Part shown: positions 1 through 9,573 of the stretch, one piece after another | How positions within the stretch are numbered: position 1 is the stretch's first letter | Layout of the letters: each line of letters starts with the position of its first letter | Assembly: GCA_002426755.1 (NCBI GenBank) | Contig: DINI01000028.1 | Coordinates: 173,433-237,432, forward strand | From: Flavobacteriaceae bacterium UBA5544 | GTDB taxonomy: Bacteria; Bacteroidota; Bacteroidia; Flavobacteriales; Flavobacteriaceae | Reading direction: 5' to 3' | Length of the DNA: 64,000 nucleotides | Translations under genes and position numbers: made by a program | The notes under the pieces: generated by a model | Told to the model about the DNA's origin: nothing | What the model saw: the letters and a program-made list of their open reading frames with translations, nothing else | The model's database searches: none

Positions 1-142
1 ATTAAACAGAACAGGACATGAAGCGCTTTTGGGACAGCACAGCTTTGTATCAGAATTAAATAGCAAAATGTATTTTGGAGGTATCAAAAAATATGATTTT
101 CAATTCAGTAAATCCCAAAACAAACTCATAAAAACCGTATAA

Positions 143-1012
143 ATGCCTATAGAAGCATCAGAACTTATATTAAATCCGGATGGAAGTGTCTATCATCTCA
201 ATTTACGTCCGGAACATATCGCAAATACAGTAATAACCGTAGGTGACCCTGATCGGGTTGATACTGTCACAAAATATTTTGATACCGTCGAATTTCAAAC
301 AAAAAAACGAGAGTTCCACACCCAAACTGGCACCTATAAAGGAAAACGAATCACCGTAATTTCTACAGGGATTGGAACCGATAATATTGATATTGTTTTC
401 AATGAATTGGACGCTTTGGTCAACATCGATTTGGATAAAAGAGAGATCAAATCACAATTGACATCGCTTAATATCATTCGCATCGGAACTTCAGGTTCTA
501 TTCAAAAAGAAATCTCAATTGATTCATTTCTAATAAGTGATTATGCCGTTGGCTTTGATAGTTTATTGCATTTTTATCAAAGCGAACATGTGCAATTTAA
601 AGATATTTCTGAAGCTTTAGCTAGGCACACCCACTGGTCGATTTCAAAATCAAAACCTTATGTCGTAAAAGGTGATGAATCTTTGATAAAGAAGTTTAGT
701 TCAGATAAAACACATAAAGGCTTTACAGCAACCAATGTTGGATTTTATGGGCCTCAAGGAAGGATTCTTCGTTTGCCTATTCAGGATAATGAATTGAACG
801 ACAAATTGGCAAGCTTTGATTATAAAGGGATGTCAATTACCAATCTTGAGATGGAGACCGCTGGAATTTATGGTTTGTCAAAACTTTTGGGACATAGAGC
901 TTTGTCCATGAATGCCATTATTGCAAACAGGGCAACGGGCGAATTCACCAAGCGACCAAAAGAGGTTGTTGACGATTTAATTTCCTATTGTTTAGGGAAA
1001 TTGGTAGAATAA
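143..1012 (+). CDS. Nucleoside phosphorylase (PNP/UDP family 1, uridine phosphorylase-like)
   Basis: VGDPDRV, STGIGTDNIDI, IIRIGTSG and NLEME motifs typical of the family. Confidence 0.9.
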   Translation: MPIEASELILNPDGSVYHLNLRPEHIANTVITVGDPDRVDTVTKYFDTVEFQTKKREFHTQTGTYKGKRITVISTGIGTDNIDIVFNELDALVNIDLDKREIKSQLTSLNIIRIGTSGSIQKEISIDSFLISDYAVGFDSLLHFYQSEHVQFKDISEALARHTHWSISKSKPYVVKGDESLIKKFSSDKTHKGFTATNVGFYGPQGRILRLPIQDNELNDKLASFDYKGMSITNLEMETAGIYGLSKLLGHRALSMNAIIANRATGEFTKRPKEVVDDLISYCLGKLVE

Positions 1013-1106
1013 GGAATAAATTTGTTGTGACAAAGTTATTAAGGGTATTCCGTTAGAAAAATATTAATCAAGGCGTCATGTTGCCTTTACGAGAAATAAA
1101 AATAAT

Positions 1107-1961
1107 TTGAAAACAATAAAAATAGGAGGCGTTCCAGAACATTTTAACCTAGCATGGTATTTGACCTTAAAAAATGGAGAATATAAGGCAGAAGATATTA
1201 ATCTGCGTTGGGAAGATTATCATGGTGGAACCGGACAAATGACAAAAGCCTTACGCAATGGCGATATTGACATGGCAGTGATTTTAACCGAAGGTATTAT
1301 CAAAGATATTATTGAAGGCAATCCGAGCAAAATTGTACAGACTTTTGTGCAATCACCATTGCTGTGGGGAATACATGTGTCACACGATTCTGAATTCAAG
1401 TCAATTGCCGACTTAAAAGGCAAGCGTGCTGCAATTAGTCGCTTTGGTTCAGGTTCTCATCTCATGGCGTATATCAACGCTGAAAACAATCATTGGGATC
1501 TTGAGAAAGATTTAAAATTTGAGGTGATTCAAGATTTAGACGGGGCAGTAAAGGCTTTGACCAATGGAGATGCAGACTATTTTATGTGGGAGCGATTTAT
1601 GACAAAGCCATTGGTTGACAATAAAGTGTTTCGTTGTATTGGAGAGCTGCCAACACCTTGGCCATGTTTTGTTGTAGCCGTAAGAGATGAGTTTTTAACT
1701 ACCAATGAAAGTGATGTCAAGACAATTTTAGACATTATTAACAATACAACCATTGAGTTTAAAGACATACCAAGCATTGATAAAACAATTGCCAATAGAT
1801 ATGGACAAAAACTTGAAGACGTCCGCGAATGGCTATCATTGACCGAATGGTCACAAGATGTCCTTGATGAAAGTACCATTCAAAAAATACAAGACGAATT
1901 ACTGGAGGTCAACATCATAAAGAAAAGGAAATCTTACAATCAAATTGTAAAAAAAATATAG
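1107..1961 (+). CDS. Type 2 periplasmic-binding-fold protein (NMT1/THI5-like)
   Basis: GGVPEHFN start, GGTGQM, SRFGSGSHLM, FMWERFMTKP; conserved Bacteroidota/fungal family. Confidence 0.75.
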   Translation: MKTIKIGGVPEHFNLAWYLTLKNGEYKAEDINLRWEDYHGGTGQMTKALRNGDIDMAVILTEGIIKDIIEGNPSKIVQTFVQSPLLWGIHVSHDSEFKSIADLKGKRAAISRFGSGSHLMAYINAENNHWDLEKDLKFEVIQDLDGAVKALTNGDADYFMWERFMTKPLVDNKVFRCIGELPTPWPCFVVAVRDEFLTTNESDVKTILDIINNTTIEFKDIPSIDKTIANRYGQKLEDVREWLSLTEWSQDVLDESTIQKIQDELLEVNIIKKRKSYNQIVKKI

Positions 1962-2078
1962 TTTGATATTGTTAAAGTTTAACAAAGCTTTAAGTTTTTG
2001 GCACTTAACATGGGTTTTTAGAAAAAAATAATTACATTTGTTAGACAAATTTGTCGAATTTCCTAACTTGACATTACC

Positions 2079-2291
2079 TTGATGGCTATGATAATGATTA
2101 TTACTCTGACACTTTCTTTTTTAGTTGCTTTAAACTTTATCCTATTATTTTTCAGTTGTAACAAAACTTCCAAAAAAGAAACTACAGATAGTCCTCAAGT
2201 TATTGAAAATATGATCTCTAAAAAGATTGTTAGTAGAAAAGTCGTTACCAATCAATTGCCTTCAACCCAACTTGCTCCAACCGGGAGTTAG
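2079..2291 (+). CDS. Small hypothetical protein with N-terminal hydrophobic helix
   Basis: 70 aa ORF, TM/signal-like N-terminus ending FSCNK, C-terminus LAPTGS; last 47 bp overlap ung antisense. Confidence 0.6.
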   Translation: MMAMIMIITLTLSFLVALNFILLFFSCNKTSKKETTDSPQVIENMISKKIVSRKVVTNQLPSTQLAPTGS

Positions 2292-2910
2292 TTTTACTAA
2301 AATGTTTATTTCCGAACCAATATCCTCTATTAGCGCTTAACGGCGACGGATGTCCTGTGGATAAAACGGAATGTTTGGAAGTATCGATTAGTTTAATTTT
2401 CTGTTTGGCAAATCCGCCCCAAAGTAAGAATATCACATTTTCTTTTTGATGGCTGATTGTCTTAATAACAGCATCTGTAAATGTTTCCCACCCTTTGTTT
2501 TGATGGCTTCCGGCCTGATGCGCCCTAACAGTCAAAGTTGCGTTCAATAATAAGACACCTTGTTTTGCCCATCGCTCCAAATTACCAGATTTTGGATACG
2601 GAATTCCTAAATCAGACTCAATTTCCTTAAAAATATTGATGAGCGATGGAGGAAGCGCAATTCCGTCATTTACCGAAAAACATAATCCATTTGCTTGACC
2701 AAAACCATGGTAAGGGTCTTGACCAATGATGACTACTTTCAGCTTATCAAAAGGACACCAATCAAAAGATGCAAATATTTGTTTGCCAGGTGGAAAACAT
2801 TGATGGTGTGTATATTCATTTTTAACAAAAACTGTCAAATCCTTGAAGTAAGCTTTGTCAAATTCCTCTTGAAGTAATGGTTTCCAGCTTTGGTGTATAT
2901 CAACGTCCAT
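2245..2910 (-). CDS. ung: Uracil-DNA glycosylase family 1
   Basis: GQDPYH catalytic motif, HPSPLS motif, GVLLLNATLTV. Confidence 0.97.
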   Translation of the reverse strand: MDVDIHQSWKPLLQEEFDKAYFKDLTVFVKNEYTHHQCFPPGKQIFASFDWCPFDKLKVVIIGQDPYHGFGQANGLCFSVNDGIALPPSLINIFKEIESDLGIPYPKSGNLERWAKQGVLLLNATLTVRAHQAGSHQNKGWETFTDAVIKTISHQKENVIFLLWGGFAKQKIKLIDTSKHSVLSTGHPSPLSANRGYWFGNKHFSKTNSRLEQVGLKAIDW

Positions 2911-2956
2911 TAAAAATAATTACTTTTGTCCTACGAAATTAGCATAAAAAAATAGA

Positions 2957-5122
2957 ATGATTCACATTCACGAAAAAACATTACAGGACATAGAATTCCA
3001 TAAAGTGTTGCAGCAAGTGTCGGGCTACTGCATAACGGCTTTGGGTACAGAACTTACGCTTTCTATTTTGCACTTTTCGGATAAAGAATCCATTTTAAAA
3101 GCGCTGCAACATACAAACGAATACTTATCTTCTTTAGAAAATGACAATCGAATTCCCAATCATGGTTTTGAGCCGATAACAAAAGAATTACAATATTTAA
3201 AAATTGAAAATTCAGTTTTAGAAACCTCTAGTTTTAAGAAAATCGCATCAATATCTTTGACCTGCAATGAGATTATCTTGTTTTTGAAAAAGTTTGAAGA
3301 TTACTATCCTGAATTGTTTGATTTTTCATCAGAAATTGAGGTCTCTAAAGTGATTGTTGAAAAAATTGATGCCATTATAGACCGATTTGGAGATGTAAAG
3401 GATAATGCTTCGGATACTTTATTTGGTTTACGGCAAGATATCAATGCTGTAAAAGGCAAAATCAATCAAAGTTTTGCATCTGCTTTGAATACTTACCATG
3501 CCTTGGAATATCTTGATGATATCCGTGAATCTGTGATGGATAACAAACGTGTTTTGGCTGTCAAAGCTATGTATCGTCGCAAAGTGAAAGGTGCCATTTT
3601 AGGTGGAAGTAAAACTGGAAGTATCGTTTATATAGAGCCAGAAACCACCTTTCGATATACACGAGAACTCAATAATTTAGAATTTGACGAACAAGAAGAA
3701 GTCAAACGCATTTTAAAACAATTGACCGAGTTCATACGTCCCTTTTCAGCCTTATTGAAACAGTATCAAACCTTCTTAACTGAATTGGATGTCATTTCCG
3801 CTAAAGCCAAATACGCAAATGCCATCAATGGGATTTTACCAAACATCAATGAAGAAAAAACATATCAATTAAGAGATGCGTACCATCCGTTACTCTATGT
3901 TTCCAATCAGAAGAAAAAAATAAAAACCTATCCGCAGTCTATTGAACTCAATCCTGAAAATAGAATTATCGTTATATCGGGCCCAAATGCTGGAGGAAAA
4001 AGCATCACTTTAAAGACGGTTGGACTGCTTCAAGTCATGTTACAAAGCGGAATGCTTATTCCTGTACATGAGCGCAGTAATATATGCTTATTCGATAGGA
4101 TTTTAAGTGATATTGGTGACAATCAATCTATCGAAAATCATTTGAGCACCTATAGCTATCGCTTAAAACAAATGAATTATTTCTTAAAGAAATGCAATAA
4201 AAACACCTTGTTTCTGATTGATGAATTTGGAACAGGAAGTGACCCCGAACTTGGAGGCGCTTTGGCCGAAACTTTTTTAGAGGAATTCTATCATCGTGAA
4301 GCTTTTGGAATCATTACCACCCACTACTCCAACTTGAAAATATTGGCGAATGAATTGCCTTTTATGCAAAATGCCAATATGCTGTTTGATGAAAAAAGTC
4401 TTGAGCCCATGTACAAACTGGCTTTGGGACAAGCGGGAAGTTCCTTCACCTTTGAAGTGGCACAAAAAAACGGCATTCCTTATAGTTTGGTGAATAGAGC
4501 AAAGAAAAAAATAGAGCGAGGTAAAGTACGTTTTGACGCCACCATCGCAAAACTTCAAAAAGAACGCTCCAAGTTGGAAAAGACAGGTGAATCGTTAAAA
4601 TTGAATGAAAAGAAAAAATTGGCCGAAGCAGATAAGTTGGAAGAAATCAATGCCAAAATCCAAAAGAAATTGGAAAGCTATCAAGAGCTGTATGATAGCA
4701 ATCAACGGTTGATTTATTTGGGCCAGAAACTGAATGATCTGTCTGAAAAATATTTTGACAACAAACGGAAAAAAGAATTGATGGATGAGCTTTTTAAATT
4801 GGTTCAAATTGAAAATTCAAAACGAAAAAAAATTTCTGTCAAGCAAAAGCAAATGAAAAAGGCTAAAGAGAAAAAAGTCATTCAGGAAGCAGAAAAAACT
4901 GTAGAAGTCATTCGTCAAAAAAAGAAAGCGGCCAAGAAAAAAACCGAATCAGTTCCAAAACCAAAACCAGTTTTCAAAATTGGAGATCGTGTGCGCTTGC
5001 AAGATGGAAGAGCCGTTGGAAGCATTGATAAATTAGAAAAAAATAAGGCTGTAATAAATTACGGCATGTTTACGACCAATGTAAGTATAGAGCAATTAGA
5101 ACTTGTAGAAGCCGCCAAATGA
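2957..5122 (+). CDS. mutS2: MutS2-family ATPase (C-terminal KOW-like domain, no recognisable Smr)
   Basis: Walker A GPNAGGKS, LIDEFGTGSDP, TTHY, coiled coil, terminal KIGDRVRL KOW-like segment. Confidence 0.92.
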   Translation: MIHIHEKTLQDIEFHKVLQQVSGYCITALGTELTLSILHFSDKESILKALQHTNEYLSSLENDNRIPNHGFEPITKELQYLKIENSVLETSSFKKIASISLTCNEIILFLKKFEDYYPELFDFSSEIEVSKVIVEKIDAIIDRFGDVKDNASDTLFGLRQDINAVKGKINQSFASALNTYHALEYLDDIRESVMDNKRVLAVKAMYRRKVKGAILGGSKTGSIVYIEPETTFRYTRELNNLEFDEQEEVKRILKQLTEFIRPFSALLKQYQTFLTELDVISAKAKYANAINGILPNINEEKTYQLRDAYHPLLYVSNQKKKIKTYPQSIELNPENRIIVISGPNAGGKSITLKTVGLLQVMLQSGMLIPVHERSNICLFDRILSDIGDNQSIENHLSTYSYRLKQMNYFLKKCNKNTLFLIDEFGTGSDPELGGALAETFLEEFYHREAFGIITTHYSNLKILANELPFMQNANMLFDEKSLEPMYKLALGQAGSSFTFEVAQKNGIPYSLVNRAKKKIERGKVRFDATIAKLQKERSKLEKTGESLKLNEKKKLAEADKLEEINAKIQKKLESYQELYDSNQRLIYLGQKLNDLSEKYFDNKRKKELMDELFKLVQIENSKRKKISVKQKQMKKAKEKKVIQEAEKTVEVIRQKKKAAKKKTESVPKPKPVFKIGDRVRLQDGRAVGSIDKLEKNKAVINYGMFTTNVSIEQLELVEAAK

Positions 5123-5532
5123 TACATCTACCCAAACATAAAAAACTAATCCTTTTCGACGGTGTTTGTAATCTGTGTGATGCATCGGTTCAATATATCA
5201 TAAAACATGATAAAAACGATGTGTTTAGATATACTGCTTTACAAAGCGAAATAGGTCAAGAGATTATTAAGAAATTCAATATAGATACAACAAAAACCGA
5301 TTCTATCCTGCTCTATTCTGAAGAAAACGGTATTTCCTATAAATCAACAGCCGCTTTAAAAATCGCTTCAAAACTTGGATTTCCTAGAAATTTAATGGCG
5401 GCATTCCTGATTGTTCCTACATTCATCAGAAACTGGGTCTACGATTATATCGCAAAAAACCGTTACAAATGGTATGGAAAGAAGAACGAATGTATGATTC
5501 CGACACCTGAATTAAAATCAAAATTTCTTTAA
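5119..5532 (+). CDS. DCC1-like thiol-disulfide oxidoreductase (DUF393)
   Basis: FDGVCNLC motif, YDYIAKNRYKWYG, CMIPTP; ATGA overlap with mutS2. Confidence 0.9.
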   Translation: MIHLPKHKKLILFDGVCNLCDASVQYIIKHDKNDVFRYTALQSEIGQEIIKKFNIDTTKTDSILLYSEENGISYKSTAALKIASKLGFPRNLMAAFLIVPTFIRNWVYDYIAKNRYKWYGKKNECMIPTPELKSKFL

Positions 5533-5551
5533 TCGCTTCACTCTAAAGCAT

Positions 5552-5583
5552 AAAAAAGCCCTCATTCGGGGAACAGGGCTTTT
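5552..5583. terminator. Bidirectional intrinsic terminator
   Basis: AAAAGCCCT-12 nt-AGGGCTTTT with A/T tracts on both sides. Confidence 0.8.
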
Positions 5584-5664
5584 CTAACAATTTAACAACT
5601 TACTTAAAACTAATTTAACTTAAAACAAAAACTTAAATTATTGATTAATAGCACATTATTTTGA
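5552..5664 (-). ncRNA. Putative U-rich small RNA (~110 nt)
   Basis: Minus-strand promoter directly upstream, no meaningful ORF, three TTTAAGT motifs, ends in terminator. Confidence 0.45.
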
Positions 5665-5669
5665 TGATG

Positions 5670-5702
5670 TAAATGTACTGCAAGGATTGGATTCCGAACA
5701 AA
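5670..5702 (-). promoter_or_regulatory. Bacteroidota primary-sigma promoter driving the putative sRNA
   Basis: -33 TTTG (5702-5699), 21 nt spacer, -7 TACATTTA (5677-5670; consensus TAnnTTTG, one mismatch). Confidence 0.55.
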
Positions 5703-5998
5703 ATTTTCGTTGAATGCATTGAAAAAATTGTTTAAATTAACGAGAATGCAAATAACACCCATGAGTAGCAATATTTTTAAAGTAATCAAAAATAGGTGAT
5801 GGCATTTTGACTAATCCAATAGCTACGTTCTCTACCGAAATAGACCACTTCAATTATAGTTGTTGTTAGAATTTAAAAGAATGTTTTTCAGTTTAATTTT
5901 GATAAAAAATTTAATTATTGTAATTTACAGACCAATCGGAAAAGCCGAAACAGCGATTTAAACTATCTGAAAGTAGGCAAAATTTAAATTTTATTATT

Positions 5999-6259
5999 AT
6001 GAAAAGTATTCTTTACATTTTCCTGTTTAGTTTGTCATTTTTTTTTAACCCTAGAAGTGAAGCAACAGAAAAGCCAGCTTGCGTAAATGCCTGTATTTGT
6101 GGTAATGATCAAGATGGAGATGGTAGCTTGAATGAGCATGAATTTCAAGAAATGTCTGAAGGTCAGAAGGATGTTCCGACTTTTGCAGAATTGGATGATA
6201 ACGAAGATAGTCTTATTGACGACCAAGAAATAGAAGATTACCCTGGTTGCAAATCATAA
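5999..6259 (+). CDS. Small secreted protein with two EF-hand loops and four Cys
   Basis: Signal peptide MKSILYIFLFSLSFFF; 12-residue loops DQDGDGSLNEHE and DDNEDSLIDDQE. Confidence 0.75.
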   Translation: MKSILYIFLFSLSFFFNPRSEATEKPACVNACICGNDQDGDGSLNEHEFQEMSEGQKDVPTFAELDDNEDSLIDDQEIEDYPGCKS

Positions 6260-6271
6260 GTTGTTTATATT

Positions 6272-6315
6272 AAAGCCATGAATTTTTTTAACTTATATAA
6301 AAAATTCATGGCTTT
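6272..6315 (+). terminator. Long intercistronic hairpin (terminator or transcript stabiliser)
   Basis: AAAGCCATGAATTTTTT / AAAAAATTCATGGCTTT ~17 bp stem between peptide and receptor genes. Confidence 0.65.
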
Positions 6316-6350
6316 TATCTTCTTCTTTCAAATCTCTCCCAATAATATAA

Positions 6351-8771
6351 ATGAAATTTAATTTCCAATCGGTACTTGCTTTATCTTTCTTTTTTTCTGT
6401 ATTTCATATCCAGTCTCAAAATAATTCCTCACAAAATGGACAAAAATTTGAAGTTTCAATTTACATAACTGATTCACTAAAAAATTCAATTCCTATTGTT
6501 AATGTTTTTTTTAAAAATGTTGTTTCATCCGAAGAATATTTTTATACTATGGATCATAGCAAGGAATTCCAAACATTTTTGCCATCAGGGCAATACAATT
6601 TAGTGATAAGCGCCCAAAAGTACGCTGATTACAACACTATCTTTTCTTTATCTGAAAACCAAAAATTACCTAAAGTAACTTTATTTGAAAAGAGTATAAT
6701 ACTTGATGAAATAATCATCTCTGCAAAAATCACAAGAAAAATTAAACAAAATGCTACGGGACTTATTATTGATTTAAAAAATGACACCATTTTTCGTGAC
6801 GTGACTGTTAATGAAATTCTACCTTATCTCCCGTCTGTTCAGGTTGATAATCAGGGTAATTTCCTTTTACAAGGTGAGCAAGCCAAGGTGATTATTGATG
6901 GTAAACTTCAAGAGTTATCAAAAGAAACTTTAGCTTCAAAACTTCTAAATTTAAAAGGTCTAAATGTCCAAAATATAGAATTAATACAAACTCCATCAGC
7001 AAAATATGATGCGAGTATTAAAAAAATTATCAACATAAATACTAAAAAAGATAGAGAGGATGGCATAAATGGATCTGTAAGCAATAGAATAACAAATTCA
7101 GATTTATCAATACTCTCCTCTTCGGCTATCGATTATAAAATTAAAAAAACAATAGTTAACTTTAATATGACCCCTTTTTCATATAATCGAAAGTCTGTTG
7201 AAACCATAACTACACGACGTTTATTGGATAATTCTTTGTTTTTTAATGAAAATATAGATAAAATTGACAAAAATAATTCTAAAAGTTATAATCTCGGTTT
7301 AGATTACACGATTAATTCTAATCATTCATTTTATTTGAATTATGGTTTGTCAAATTCCAAATGGAGGAGTTCTATAATGTTCAATAGTGAAAAATTTAGT
7401 TTTGAAACATTAGAGACTACATTTTTTTCAGATTCAAAAACCTTAAATAATTCCAAAACTGATATTGCCAACTTTGGTTACAGATATGATATTGGACAAA
7501 AAAATGCTCGTCTTGATTTGGCAGCCAGCTATGAAAATCATAATGAAAACAATGAAAAGGATTTGAAAAATTTAGAGTTATTTCCAAATAGCAATAATAA
7601 TATAGATGTAAAAAATATTGATGAAGTATTAAATCAAGTGGATGCTTTCAGTTCTCGAATAGATTTTAGTTTGCCTCTCAAAGATTCTAACAAAAAGTTT
7701 GAGGCAGGAATAAAATATGATATTTTAAACATTTCTAATAGTAATATTTTTAAGAAGTTCAATTCAGAAACCGATAATTATGAGGCGGATCCAAATTTTA
7801 GTAATCAATTTAAATATAAAGAGAATAAATTTTCTCTTTATACTTCATTGGATAATAATCGAAATAGGTTGAAATATTCCATTGGTTTTAGATTAGAGAA
7901 TATATTGACTAATAGTCATTCTATAGATATCAATTTAAAAACAGAAAATTCCTTTTTTAATTTTCTTCCTATAATATCATTGAAGTATATAACAAATAAA
8001 GCTGAAACGAACAATATTAGCCTTTCTTATAGAAAAGGTTACATTTTACCTCCATATTTACAGCTAAATCCATTTGAAAATTTTATTAATAACAACACTA
8101 TTCAACGAGGCAATCCTAATTTGACGCAAAGTATCTATCATAGCTTTAATTTGGGTTATACTTTAAAAAACAAGTATTTTTTTTCTTTTAATATTTATAA
8201 TTATACTGACTATTTTGCATCAACTGAAATTTTAGTAAATGAGCAAAATATAATTTCATATGAAAATATTGGCAACAAAAATAGTTATCGTTTTACATTT
8301 TATTCAAATCATGTCTTTTACAAATGGTGGCGTATTTATTTAAATGTGTCTTTAGATTATAAATTAACAAAAAGTCAAAGAATCCATACGGCCATAGCAA
8401 ATTATTTCTTTAGCTCCACAAATATGTTTAATTTACTAAATGATTATCGAATTTCTTTAATAACTAGTTTTAGCAATGGTAACTCTTCGAATTTTGAAAT
8501 ACCAAACAGTTTTCTTCGATTTTATTCTTCAATCACTTTTTCCAAACTTTTATTGAACAAAAAATTGTCTCTTGGTATTAGAGCAATAGATCTTTTTGCG
8601 GTTAACAACAAGGATATTAGTACTTATATTATTGATAATACTGAGTACTCAAACAGAAATTTATTCCAATCTCCTAAAATATTTTTTGATATTACGTATA
8701 GATTCAATTCAGGTAAAAAAATTGATAATAAAAATAAAAAGAAAAGCTCGATTGATGAAGGCAGATTTTAA
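6351..8771 (+). CDS. TonB-dependent-receptor-like outer membrane beta-barrel protein (carboxypeptidase-regulatory-like N-domain, plug, OMP_b-brl_3-type barrel)
   Basis: Signal peptide, LDEIII linker, IELIQTPSAKYDA plug motif, YLQLNPF/RGNPNL, C-terminal Phe; very AT-rich. Confidence 0.8.
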   Translation: MKFNFQSVLALSFFFSVFHIQSQNNSSQNGQKFEVSIYITDSLKNSIPIVNVFFKNVVSSEEYFYTMDHSKEFQTFLPSGQYNLVISAQKYADYNTIFSLSENQKLPKVTLFEKSIILDEIIISAKITRKIKQNATGLIIDLKNDTIFRDVTVNEILPYLPSVQVDNQGNFLLQGEQAKVIIDGKLQELSKETLASKLLNLKGLNVQNIELIQTPSAKYDASIKKIININTKKDREDGINGSVSNRITNSDLSILSSSAIDYKIKKTIVNFNMTPFSYNRKSVETITTRRLLDNSLFFNENIDKIDKNNSKSYNLGLDYTINSNHSFYLNYGLSNSKWRSSIMFNSEKFSFETLETTFFSDSKTLNNSKTDIANFGYRYDIGQKNARLDLAASYENHNENNEKDLKNLELFPNSNNNIDVKNIDEVLNQVDAFSSRIDFSLPLKDSNKKFEAGIKYDILNISNSNIFKKFNSETDNYEADPNFSNQFKYKENKFSLYTSLDNNRNRLKYSIGFRLENILTNSHSIDINLKTENSFFNFLPIISLKYITNKAETNNISLSYRKGYILPPYLQLNPFENFINNNTIQRGNPNLTQSIYHSFNLGYTLKNKYFFSFNIYNYTDYFASTEILVNEQNIISYENIGNKNSYRFTFYSNHVFYKWWRIYLNVSLDYKLTKSQRIHTAIANYFFSSTNMFNLLNDYRISLITSFSNGNSSNFEIPNSFLRFYSSITFSKLLLNKKLSLGIRAIDLFAVNNKDISTYIIDNTEYSNRNLFQSPKIFFDITYRFNSGKKIDNKNKKKSSIDEGRF

Positions 8772-8810
8772 AATAACAATGCAAGTCAATTTGTTTATCT
8801 AAAAACCTAA

Positions 8811-9566
8811 ATATTTAACGAAAATGAGATTGCCAATATAAGTGTGCTCAAAGACGCTGAAGCTTCGAGTCTGTATGGCAATAGAGGAGCAAATGGTATA
8901 ATTATAATCAATACAACAAAAGGAGAATTCACATCAAATGGCGATGCGATAGAACAAGGAATTACCAACACCCGCTTTGAAATCAAAAAACAATACACTA
9001 TTCCCAATGATGGCGATGTCACAGTGATCGAAATAGAAAATTACTCGGTTCCTGCTACGTATGCCTATTTCGCTGCACCAGTTTTAAATGAAAATGTGTT
9101 TTTAACGGCAAAAATCGGAAACTGGGAGCAATATAATCTCTTGCCAGCTGAAGCCAATGTCTACTTTGAAGGCAGTTATTCAGGAAAAACCAATATCAAT
9201 CCATTGGCAACCACAGATAGTTTAACCATCTCACTTGGTGTTGACCCAAACGTAGTGGTTAAGCGCACTGAATTGAATGATTTCAAGAAAAACCAATATA
9301 TAGGAAGCAATAAAATCATCAATAAAGCCTATGAGATAGAATTGAAAAACAATAAACAATCGTCGATAGATTTAGTATTATTTGATAGAATTCCCATCAG
9401 CCAGAACAGAGACATCAAGGTTGAGGAGATTGAAACAGGGAATTCGGATTATAATGAAGAAAAAGGTATCATGGAATGGAAAGTAAATTTAAAACCAAAC
9501 GACAAAAACACTTTTAAGTTCTCTTATGCGATAAAATATCCAAAACTAAAACGCATAAATCTTTGA
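8811..9566 (+). pseudogene. 5'-truncated DUF4139-family gene (end of TonB-plug-like segment plus C-terminal DUF4139 part)
   Basis: Frame opens after TAA 8808 mid-motif (NEIANISVLKDAEASSLYGNRGANGIIII); no signal peptide or N-terminal domains; typical C-terminus DRIPIS...GIMEWK...KYPK. Confidence 0.75.
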
Positions 9567-9573
9567 TATCAAT

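Noticed and set aside
5850-8810. IS or transposon boundaries around the AT-rich insert
   Set aside because: No transposase, terminal inverted repeats or target duplication found by eye
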